The position numbers were made by a program, and so were the translations under genes. This document shows positions 56,587 to 64,000 of a stretch of 64,000 bases of DNA, piece after piece; positions within the stretch are counted from its first letter, which is position 1; each line of letters opens with the position of its first letter. Under the pieces are notes generated by a model that was given only the letters and a program-made list of their open reading frames with translations, made no database searches and had not been told where the DNA came from. The stretch lies in assembly GCA_964016885.1 (NCBI GenBank), contig OZ024755.1:16740001-16804000 (forward strand), written 5' to 3'. The stretch is from Eledone cirrhosa. Taxonomy: Eukaryota.

Positions 56587-58615
56587 GTGAGTGTATGTAT
56601 ATATATTCTTTTTCAGAGCTGTCACCTATTAAATAGTTGTGACATGTTTTATACAAAGCCAGTGTGTGTGTGTGTGTGTCTATATATATATGTGTGTGTA
56701 TATGTGTGTCTATATATATTTGTGTGTACTAGTGTAAAGGAGCCTAGTTTCCAGTTTAAAAGGTGACATGTTTAACTTAACTCATTCTATGCTTCAGAGA
56801 AAAAAACATTATCACCATCATCATTTAATTTAACTCACTCTATATAGGCTTCAGAGAACAAAACATTATCCCTATCATTCTTTGCCATCCCCTTTCCCTG
56901 CTAACAAGGGTTGGACTAATGATTTTTTAAAGAAAAGTAATAAAGAAAAAGAATTGCAAATTTAACTGCACTGCTGCATGCATTGACATCATCATCATCA
57001 TCATCGTTTAACGTCCATTTTCCACGCTAGCATGGGTCTGGACGGGAATTGTCCCACTTGAGGCAAGATTGGTTGTCTGCCTCAGGACTGTCTGGCAGGT
57101 TTTCTACGGCTGGATGTCCTTCCTAACACCAACCACGTTGACAGTGTGGACTGGGAGGTTTTTACCGTGTTACCTACACGGCCACATTACAGCGTGGACT
57201 GTGTGTTTTTTGTTGTGACACCTACACGACCTCATTTATTTAGGACTGGATGTTGTGGTACCAACATAGCTTTACATCGAAAGGGGTGGGTGTAGATGGC
57301 GGTGGGGGTAGGGTTGGGACGGGGGTGTATTTTGGTTAAGAGGTGCCTACTGACTAGGTTTCGCTTTGTACTTAGGCAAGGCGGGTCTTCTGTACAGACA
57401 GGTGCAATACATTTTTGGAGGGAATTAAATCAGTGAGCTTTTCAAATTTATACTAAGATTAAAACTTGCATGTGATTTCATTGGTAGAAAGTGTTGAGAA
57501 TAGGATAGGCGGTATGGCCTGGCAAAATATGTGTGTGTGGATATGCTTGTGTGTGTGTATGTGTGTGTGTGGGGGGTGTGTGCTTGGGTGTGTGTATGTG
57601 TAGGTGTGCTTGTGAATGTATGTTTGTGCTTGTGTGTGTTTGTGCATGCATATGCATCGGTGTGTGTTTGTGAGTGTATGCTTGTGTGTATGTGCTTGTG
57701 TTTATGTGTGTGTTTGTGAATGCATATGCATGGCTATGTGCTTGTGTGTATGTGCAGGTGTTTGTGCTTGTGTATGTGTCTGTTGGTGTTTGTGAGTGTG
57801 TGCTTGTGCGTATATGCGTGCGTGCGTGTGTGTGTTTGCATGTGTGTTTGACTATGCACGTGCATGGGTTTGTGCTTGTGTGAGATTGTGTGTATGTGCT
57901 TGCATATGTATACAGGCATATATGTATACATGCATATGCATGTGTGTGTCTGTATTTTTGTGTGTATGTGTGTATGATTGTGCAAATGTATGTGTGTGTG
58001 ATTGTGCATGTATGTGTTGATGCTGAGCTAGGTCATTGTGACCTTTGTAGTGGGAGTGGTGTAGCTGAGAGAAGCCAAATTAGCAGTAGTAAGGGTTGGG
58101 TGGTTAGGCTTGAAATAAGTGATAATTTTTCTATCAAGATGGTTATAATTATATAAATATGAGTATATAAATATCTATATATCCATATATATCTATATAT
58201 GTATCTATATATATCTATGTATCTATATATATTTTTGTATTTATTTAAAATTATCATTTTTCAATTATATATATATCATCATCATCATTATCATCATTTT
58301 TACATCCGCTTTTCCCTGCTTGCAAGGGTGTGACGGGAACTGATTCTGGCTTGATTTCTACAGCTGGATGCCCTTCCTAACACCAACCTCATTTACAGTG
58401 AGTTGTGGGTGCTTTTTTGCCGTGGCACCTCCACAACCACTTTGCAGTGGAAGGATTGAGACCCCAGTCCCTATCCTCTCATTTCTACAACTGAGTAAAC
58501 TTGAGCAATGTGAAATAAAGTGTCTTGCTCAAGGAAACAACACATCACCCGGTCTGAGAATTGAACTCACAACCTTTCGATTGCAAGGCCAATGGTCTAA
58601 CCACTAAGCCATGTG

Positions 58616-58648
<33 letters not shown>

Positions 58649-61600
58649 ATGATGATGATTATATATAGGGTTGGTTGTTCAAACAGGAGAAATAGAATTA
58701 AATATGTAGAGTAATAATAATAATAATTGTTTCTACTCTTGGCACAAGGCCAGCAATTATCCCAGAGTATTACTGGAACTTTATTTTATCGACCCCGTAA
58801 GGATGAAAGGCAAAGTTAACCTCGGCTGGATTTGAACTCAGACCATAAAGGGCCATAACTCTTTGCTGCATAGCATGGCGTCCGACCCTCTACTGATACT
58901 GCCAATCCACCACCCTTAAAGTAAATGCTTACAACACCTAGTGTTCCCAAGTGGTCACCCATCTAAGTACTAACTAGGCTCGACGTTGCTTAACTTCGGT
59001 GATCGGACGAGAACCGGTGTTTTCAGCGTGATATGGCCGTAAACTAATAATAATAATAACCATCATCATCATCATCAGCACCAGAGTGTTTATATATATT
59101 TATAGCTATATAAGTGATTCAGGGAGCCAGAGTTTTGTGTTTTAAGCATTTATCAAACTTGCCCGAATAAGATGGAGAAAAAAGAGTGCTCAATACATAT
59201 TATAGTTTTACAATAGTCAATGTTAGCTGGGAACTTCACTAACCATTATTCCAAGGTTCATGTTCCAATTTTCAGACAGCAGTGAATGCAAAGTGAATAT
59301 AATTAGCACGTCTTTAATCTTATAGAAAACAAGGCAACCTTCTTAGTTCTGGTGCTATAAAATATATCTAATATAGTATATAGTCCATAAAAGTGGTTGG
59401 TGAATGAACAGAGATGATATTGGGTAAAGAGGACTCTTTAGTCTTGTAGGAAACAAGGCAATATTCCTAGAGCTGGTGCCATGATGAAATGCTACTAATA
59501 TACTCTATACCCTATAAAGTTGTAGGTGAATGGAGGTAATATATTTAAGAAGACTCTCTAGTCTTGCTGATTCATTGGCACAAGTCCTTCCTCCAGACAA
59601 AACCAGTACAAAAAGGAAAAAAAAAAAAGAATTCACCATCAAAACCATTCTTCCATCTGTGACAGATTTTAATATTTGTTCATCTATAGTATACCTTGGA
59701 CTACATTATGCAATATGTCCTATTTTTAAGATAGTAAGGTGTAATTTGAGGGAGTTAACTGCTATTTCTAGCAGGCTGCTCATCTGAATAGGGGCTCCCT
59801 TATTTACTTAGGTTAAGTATTGTTAGATTTTGAATCATTCAATGGTTATGTGAGGACAATGGGTCTATGTTCCTTTATAATCACTTCTTGTACACTAAAT
59901 CTTTTATGGTGCCCCAGTGGCTTTGTACATTATACATTGTAGGACATTCGCCTTTTAAACACGTTTGAACATGTTTATATGTTTATAACAACCAGAATGT
60001 GACAGTGTCTCTTCAAATAATATGGTATGTTAGAAAAGACATTTTTGTTTCTAACAAAGGACTGGAAAGTTTTATCTTCCTCTCATCCAGCTGTCGTATA
60101 AATTGTAATTCTGTTTGCTTGGCTGCTAGCCAGCGAGGGGAAACAAGGTTGCAATTACTAACATTTTATAATTAACACAGATAATAATTTAATTAGATAT
60201 CTAAGCATGACTTTCATTTCCCAATAACATACATTCCCGTCTAAACCCATGCTAGCGTGGAAGATAGACGTTAAACGATGATGATGATGATGATGATGAT
60301 GATGATACAGGCTTCCTTGCATCTCATTTCCCATTCTATTTTCATACTATCGGTAGAGGGTCAGATGCCATGCTTTGCAGCATAGAGTTACGGCCCTTTA
60401 TGGTCTGAGTTCAAATCCCGCCGAGGTTAACTTTGCCTTTTATCCTTATGGGGGTCGATAAAATAAAGTACCAGTAATACAGTGGAATAATTGCTGGCCT
60501 TGTGCCAAAAGTGGAAAACAATTATTTCTTAATATTTTTACGGGGTTGATAAGATAAGGTACCAGTCACGCACTGGGGTCAATTTAATTGACTTTCCTCT
60601 GCTCCGAAATTGCTGGCCTTGTGCTGAAATCAGAAACCTTTATTTCTTAATACTTAGAGTGGTGGATTGACAGAATCAGTAGAGCGTCAGACATGATGTT
60701 TTGCAGCATAGAGTTATGTTCTTTTATGTTCTGAGTTCAAATTCCGTCGAGGTCATCTTTGCCTTTCATCCTTATGTGGTCGGTAAAATAAAGTACCAGT
60801 AATGCACTGGGATCAAATTAATCGACTTTACCCTTCCCAAAAATTGTTGGCCTTCTGCCTAAATCAGGAACCATTATTTCTTGGATTGGCAGTATCGGTA
60901 GAGGGTCAGAGGCCATGCTTTACAGCATAGTTATGTCCCTTTACGGTCTGAGTTCAAATCCCGTCGAGGTTAACTTTGCCTTTCATCTTTACGGGGTCGA
61001 TAAAATAAAGTACCAGTAATGCACTGGGTAATTGCTGGCCTTGTGCCTAAATCAGGAACCATTATTTCTTGGATTGGCAGTATCGGTAGAGGGTCAGAGG
61101 CCATGCTTTCCAGCATAGTTATGTCCTTTTACGGTCTGAGTTCAAATCCCGTCGAGGTTAACTTTGCCTTTCATCCTTATGGGGCTCGATAAAATAAAGT
61201 ACCAGTAATGTACTGGATAATTGCTGGCCTTGTGCCAAAAGTAGAGACAATTATTTCTTGATACTTAAAAACACAAACTGCTCATATAGAGGTCATAAAT
61301 GATTGTTAGTTATTATGCTAATATTTTAGTCCTGTAACACAATTTCTAGAAGTTTCCTTATTAGGTTAATGGTGGCACTAGTGCAGAAATTGTAGTCTGC
61401 AATTAAATACACAATAATGAAATAATTCAATAATTTGTCTGAGGCATACCAGATGTTTTATTTATTTAGATGGAGTGGTGGCTGAATAATTAAATTGTAT
61501 GTTATGACTGAAATCTACCTCTGGTAATTGTGTAATAATTTGTACATTTTGAGATTTGTTGTTGTTATGGATCACACCTACATACATTTAACTGGTCATC

Positions 61601-61869
61601 TTTCAGGGTCCATCTCCTCTTGAATATTTGAATGATTGGGATCATAGTGAAGATCCTTAAAGAAATTGCCATCCATCTTTAAGGGTCTTTACCCTATTTT
61701 ATAAACTATTTTAAAGCTTCTCAGCACATTACTCTGTGTTAAATAAAGCATTTTTGTTTTTGTAAAAATTCATGTCTAACTCTATTTATATTGTCTTTTC
61801 CAACAGAGCCTACACAAAGATCTCTGCAGGCCCTGCTCAGTATGGTGGTGGTGGAACTAAGACAATTGG
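18637..61869 (+). CDS. SCFD1: Sec1 family domain-containing protein 1 (Sly1 SM protein); 3'-partial, about 505 codons in the window
   Basis: join(18637..18667,21594..21664,22427..22515,23200..23290,24378..24500,24895..24982,25934..26023,26990..27131,27862..27961,28864..29000,29938..30028,30375..30448,31009..31090,31486..31545,31768..31804,33811..33878,55255..55334,61807..61869), all GT-AG and in frame. Motifs [47 protein letters not shown] and [22 protein letters not shown] match recalled SCFD1. Confidence 0.96.
20829..21133. mobile_element. Non-autonomous hAT-like element in SCFD1 intron 1
   Basis: TIRs CAGTGACGCAATTAGG / CCTAGTTACGCCTCTG; degenerate 8-bp TSD GTACTATA / GTACCATG. Confidence 0.55.
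21594..21664 (+). CDS. SCFD1: SCFD1 exon 2
   Basis: ttgcag/GTAAGT; [15 protein letters not shown]. Confidence 0.93.
22120..22316. mobile_element. Second copy of the mariner-type MITE, opposite orientation
   Basis: TA|TGAGGGTGGGCTGAAAAGTTC...TTTCAGCTGACCCTCA|TA; body is the reverse complement of 12876-13061. Confidence 0.75.
22427..22515 (+). CDS. SCFD1: SCFD1 exon 3
   Basis: ttgcag/GTGAG; [29 protein letters not shown]. Confidence 0.95.
23200..23290 (+). CDS. SCFD1: SCFD1 exon 4
   Basis: tttcag/GTGAGT; [30 protein letters not shown]. Confidence 0.95.
23710..24052 (-). mobile_element. Same SINE family, inserted inside an older SINE
   Basis: Near-identical to the copies at 14173 and 58276; flanked by a CTTACA duplication. 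Confidence 0.8.
24378..24500 (+). CDS. SCFD1: SCFD1 exon 5
   Basis: tttcag/GTTTGT; [27 protein letters not shown]. Confidence 0.95.
24895..24982 (+). CDS. SCFD1: SCFD1 exon 6
   Basis: ttgtag/GTAAG; [16 protein letters not shown]. Confidence 0.94.
25934..26023 (+). CDS. SCFD1: SCFD1 exon 7
   Basis: aaacag/GTAAG; [30 protein letters not shown]. Confidence 0.94.
26990..27131 (+). CDS. SCFD1: SCFD1 exon 8
   Basis: gtccag/GTAAG; [37 protein letters not shown]. Confidence 0.95.
27862..27961 (+). CDS. SCFD1: SCFD1 exon 9
   Basis: atttag/GTAAG; [30 protein letters not shown]. Confidence 0.95.
28864..29000 (+). CDS. SCFD1: SCFD1 exon 10
   Basis: ggtag/GTAAGT; [29 protein letters not shown]. Confidence 0.94.
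29270..29735 (+). repeat. 138-bp tandem repeat (about 3.3 copies) related to the SINE body
   Basis: AAAACACAC unit starts at 29295, 29433 and 29571. Confidence 0.75.
29938..30028 (+). CDS. SCFD1: SCFD1 exon 11
   Basis: tttcag/GTGATT; [30 protein letters not shown]. Confidence 0.94.
30375..30448 (+). CDS. SCFD1: SCFD1 exon 12
   Basis: tttcag/GTAAAT; [24 protein letters not shown]. Confidence 0.94.
31009..31090 (+). CDS. SCFD1: SCFD1 exon 13
   Basis: ttgcag/GTAGTG; [27 protein letters not shown]. Confidence 0.95.
31486..31545 (+). CDS. SCFD1: SCFD1 exon 14
   Basis: atttag/GTAAG; [20 protein letters not shown]. Confidence 0.94.
31768..31804 (+). CDS. SCFD1: SCFD1 exon 15
   Basis: ttgtag/GTGAGT; [12 protein letters not shown]. 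Confidence 0.92.
31876..32303 (+). mobile_element. Retroposon-like element with C-rich tract and RTE-type (GAT)n tail
   Basis: Colinear with the reverse complement of 56988-57394. Confidence 0.7.
33811..33878 (+). CDS. SCFD1: SCFD1 exon 16
   Basis: ttccag/GTAAGT; [23 protein letters not shown]. Confidence 0.92.
35574..37547 (-). CDS. hAT-transposase-derived protein, ZNF862/C17orf113-like (N-terminal C2H2/TTF-type zinc finger, RNase H DDE core, hATC dimerisation region); 657 aa, intronless, nested antisense in SCFD1 intron 16
   Basis: Uninterrupted 1974-nt ORF. Motifs: [15 protein letters not shown] (zinc finger), LTVDETTD and FTSDGASVM (two catalytic D), HCVTH (CxxH), [30 protein letters not shown] (catalytic E/hATC), KRRR putative NLS. 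Confidence 0.88.
   Translation of the reverse strand: MSYIKEGRDVKRRRTASFFKYEWLNKIVETATPKAHEVMNVQLREIFMYDSETGVMCLYCRDAGVTGVFANGKKWDGIWKLDFLKRHLTSKSHLNGVQKLRQQDQSLLFTGGAPLLPKIEDDERKRKQWNPEGVKVFIDNVLLAIKMDDSLDSVRHINEHMAKYVLLPENWQSKKYAFEILQTIDYIVQKDIFEEIASADFHTLTVDETTDIPINKCLVLYFKFRPKECTAYKTCFGGIVQLRACDAASIVSAIKQFYDEKKLDLYKMVMFTSDGASVMLGSDGVVARLKQAMPHLVQQHCVTHHEDLGISDVGKEVQLIRDVEILIRTIYTVFSRSSSNNCKFKEITTVSENEAVAYRPVNEIRWLSRHFALQAIINSYEALITYFEENKSNDPVARYCHETLTDITYKVALHVLSDVFEELTALSKILQKNDITTIDSLHFARGKINKIRKQYLGTNISWSDKVRILFSQQHDENNTTVDISSLLTFIDHLCIHLEERFPEDEVQEWSAFDVSALIDCDFTFGEDQIHALCIKYGFLAQNNTTIVKQFNDFKFSVQEKIKSKLILNFAQMVAFTFHNEQFCDLAKLMDIGGTFLASSADCERGFSLMNQLKNKLRNHLDQCNLNMLMRIKSYQLNGNYISLDRVYKEWINMKEKE
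44040..44219. repeat. Near-perfect inverted repeat (about 71-bp arms, 18-nt loop)
   Basis: 44054-44124 is the reverse complement of 44143-44213 with one mismatch. Confidence 0.9.
46113..46812 (+). repeat. Pentanucleotide satellite (CACCA/CATTA/CATCA/CACTA)
   Basis: About 700 bp of 5-bp units, mostly in 15-bp groups. Confidence 0.95.
48485..49390 (+). repeat. 72-bp minisatellite, about 12.5 copies
   Basis: GACCCAAGTG recurs at 48541, 48613 and onward; unit TGTGTTTGCTCTCTCAGTGGCTGTGGCTACAGAATTATGTCACTATCTTTCAGTTAGACCCAAGTGCATCAC. Confidence 0.95.
49775..50652 (+). repeat. 48-bp minisatellite, about 18 copies
   Basis: Unit ACTGTGTTTGACTGTCTGTGTCTGCCTGTCTCACTGAGTCTCTCTCTT. Confidence 0.95.
53014..53700. 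repeat. 20/40-bp tandem array with 140-bp higher-order units, bounded by inverted termini
   Basis: Unit CACACTGTCTGTGACCTGGTCACTGACACAGTTCTATTGT; the 140-bp block repeats at 53171 and 53311. Confidence 0.85.
55255..55334 (+). CDS. SCFD1: SCFD1 exon 17
   Basis: tttcag/GTAAGT; [26 protein letters not shown] resembles recalled human ADLEQYKKALTDAGCNLNPLQYIKQW. Confidence 0.9.
56322..56476. mobile_element. TTAA-flanked MITE (Kolobok-like termini)
   Basis: TTAA|AAGAGTTCCAAGTATTTT...AAAATACTTGGAACACTT|TTAA. Confidence 0.65.
56988..57394 (-). mobile_element. Inverted copy of the 31876-32303 element
   Basis: Same start TACAGAAGACC and same tail on the minus strand. Confidence 0.7.
57528..58018 (+). 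repeat. Degenerate (TG)n low-complexity tract
   Basis: TG/TA-rich; similar tracts at 42770-43190, 51770-51990 and 52340-52520. Confidence 0.85.
58276..58616 (-). mobile_element. Same SINE family, third copy
   Basis: High identity to the copies at 14173 and 23710. Confidence 0.8.
58712..58915 (-). mobile_element. tRNA-derived SINE with Meta/MESC-like central domain and (ATT)n tail
   Basis: GGTGGATTGGCAGTATC..TCTGAGTTCAAATCC..TTTGCCTTTCATCCTTACGGGGTCGATAAAATAAAG; many copies in the window (about 30700-30915, 32480-32875, 39915-40320, 47575-47940). Confidence 0.75.
58925..59044 (-). rRNA. 5S rRNA (solitary orphon copy, possibly a pseudogene)
   Basis: Minus strand reads GTTTACGGCCATATCACGCTGAAAACACCGGTTCTCGTCCGATCACCGAAGTTAAGCAACGTCGAGCCTAGTTAGTACTTAGATGGGTGACCACTTGGGAACACTAGGTGTTGTAAGCAT: 120 nt, mollusc-type 5S with paired termini; no T4 terminator follows. 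Confidence 0.93.
60345..61262 (+). mobile_element. Head-to-tail cluster of about 5 copies or fragments of the Meta/MESC-like SINE
   Basis: Repeated GGTAGAGGGTCAGA..TCTGAGTTCAAATCCCG..GCTGGCCTTGTGCC; the last two copies are near-identical. Confidence 0.8.
61807..61869 (+). CDS. SCFD1: SCFD1 exon 18 (last in window)
   Basis: caacag/GTAAGG; [22 protein letters not shown] resembles recalled human KAFTKMASAPASYGSTTTKPMG. Confidence 0.88.
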
Positions 61870-64000
61870 GTAAGGTCTTCATTAAATTATTGATGTATTT
61901 TATTTTTAATTAATTTTGGTGTCCAAATTTTCTTAGAATAAACTTATTTTTTCATGGAAACCTGATGTAAAGCTCCAAAAATTGCAGACTCATATCATTT
62001 ACACTCTCTCCACACACACACACAGAAAGAGAGGGAGAGAGAGAGAAAGAAAGTGAAAGAGATAGAGAGAGATAGAGGGGGGGGGGGTTAATTCTTATAA
62101 GAAGTGTATCTTGCCATAAAACACTTTGCTGTCACATAGTTCATGTGAATAAATTTGTAGGACTATTTGCTCTCTACTAGAATGGACAAAGAAAACTAAT
62201 ATTAAATGTGCTGGGAACTTCTTTCTTGTTTTGCCATTTCTGATGACCCACACTCCAGCCTTGATTCTGCTTTCCATTTCTTACAACTCTGTACAATTCT
62301 TTGAATTAAATTTTCTTAGTTTCTATGACCAAAACCTCTCATATTTGTTTTCTCAGAATACACTTTCTGTTTTAACTACTTTTCCAAAATATAAAATTTA
62401 CTCTCTTCTCACTGGAGAATTAATTAAGATTCCAGACCTCACTCACTTACTGAGAGGGGCTGGAGCTCTTCAAATCAGACCAAGGAAACAATGTTTCCAT
62501 TGGTCTTTCCATTGATGATACTATCTACCGATCGCAACTCCTGCCAGAAGGATCAACATGAAATAAAGTGTCTTGCTCAAGGACATAATGCATCACCTGG
62601 TCCAGAAATCAAACTCACAACCTCACAATTGTAAATTCAATTCCCTAACCACTAAGCCATGCACCTTCTTAACTATATATTTTAATTGTATATAAACCAA
62701 TTTGGTACTATATTCCCTAAGACTGTTTCTAGTTCTATGATATAAAACCTAAAGTTTTCATATTTAAATTAAAGCCTTCCATCATGGTTTTATATAGGAA
62801 CCGTTTGTAAGTCTTATTCCAATTTTAGTATATGTACTGCCGAAGCAAGTACTTTTGTAAGTCTTATTCCAACAAATGCAAGCTTAATGATTATGAAAAG
62901 TTAACTAATTTATTAAATCCTTCCAAATTTTGTTAGGTACTCAGAGTAATTACAGGAGACAATTTGAACTGTATACCTTCAGCCAGCATACAGATATTTC
63001 TAGCTTTTTACATTCTTGTAATTGAAAAATATGATGTGGTCTTGTTGGACTGATTAGTAATAGTTATAAATTGACAAAGACAAGTATAGACATGCTGTTA
63101 TGTTTTGAACTTAACAATTAATCTGTTCTTGGTTCATGTCAGTAAGAATTACTGTTGTAGATATTTTATTCCACCTTAAATATACTGGCTGAATGGTTTG
63201 GCATAGAATTACTAATCCCAAAAGACGTTGCATTGTGCCCTTAAGTAAGCTATATTATTCTGCTTGTTATTGTCGACCTACTAAAGATATTTACCACTCC
63301 CATTTCAAGAGTTGAATGATTACCAGGTAACAAGATAGTTTATTCCAACTATTTGTACAAAGGTTTAAGATGCTAAACTACCTGATATGATGAACGTTTT
63401 ATTTTACAAAGCTGTTTATACAAAAACAAAACACACTATTAAAGGAAACAAAAAAAAAAGGAAATGAAAAGAGAAAGAAAAAAGAATTATGCAAAGAAAG
63501 AAAGGGAGAGGGGGAGGGACAAAACACTATAGTCTGTGCAGTGCCTTAGCCATGTTTCAGGGACAATGTGGCAAAGGCATTACCATGGAGAATGGCCAGT
63601 GACACTTGCTGCAACAGCTTCCCCACATCACGGGGCTCCTTCCTCAAGCAGGCTGCTTCCCTCTTTCTTCAATACAATACTGTTTGTTTTAAGGTGTTTA
63701 TATTTGCCTAAAAACCTTCCATCATGATTTTATCTAAGAAACTTTATAGAACTAAGATCCAAACACCAGCTAAATAACAGCAAAGTTAGTTGTTATATTA
63801 CTAATTCCTTCCAAATTCTGGATTATTTTCAAAATAATTTGAAAATATTAACCAGCATCTTTCATTATAAATATGGTAATGAGAGGGTTAAATTTGTAGA
63901 ACTCTCTAATCTCTGCTAGAAACCTGAAATAATAGCTACATTACCTTTCCTATAAAACTCCACAAATTATACACACATGATGATGATGATGTTAATAATG

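Noticed and set aside
42678-58156. Many Cys/Val/Tyr- or His/Thr-rich ORFs
   Set aside because: Translations of degenerate (TG)n/(TA)n microsatellites

Overview
AT-rich, intron- and repeat-rich animal genomic DNA; the SINE/RTE repertoire and 5S sequence suggest a coleoid cephalopod such as Octopus (inference). There are two spliced housekeeping genes arranged head-to-head. ZW10 (minus strand, 7 coding exons, 13457->5478, about 761 aa) is complete. SCFD1/Sly1 (plus strand, 18 coding exons from 18637 to 61869) runs off the right end. SCFD1 intron 16 (33879-55254, about 21.4 kb) holds an intact, intronless, antisense 657-aa ORF of the ZNF862/C17orf113-like hAT transposase type with no visible TIRs, plus several satellite arrays and a near-perfect hairpin. 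Intron 17 holds a solitary 5S rRNA copy abutting a tRNA-derived SINE. The rest is tRNA-SINEs, RTE LINE fragments, mariner/piggyBac/Kolobok/hAT-type MITEs and microsatellites. Exon boundaries were read by eye from GT-AG sites, frame continuity and recalled vertebrate protein sequences; no database search was run.
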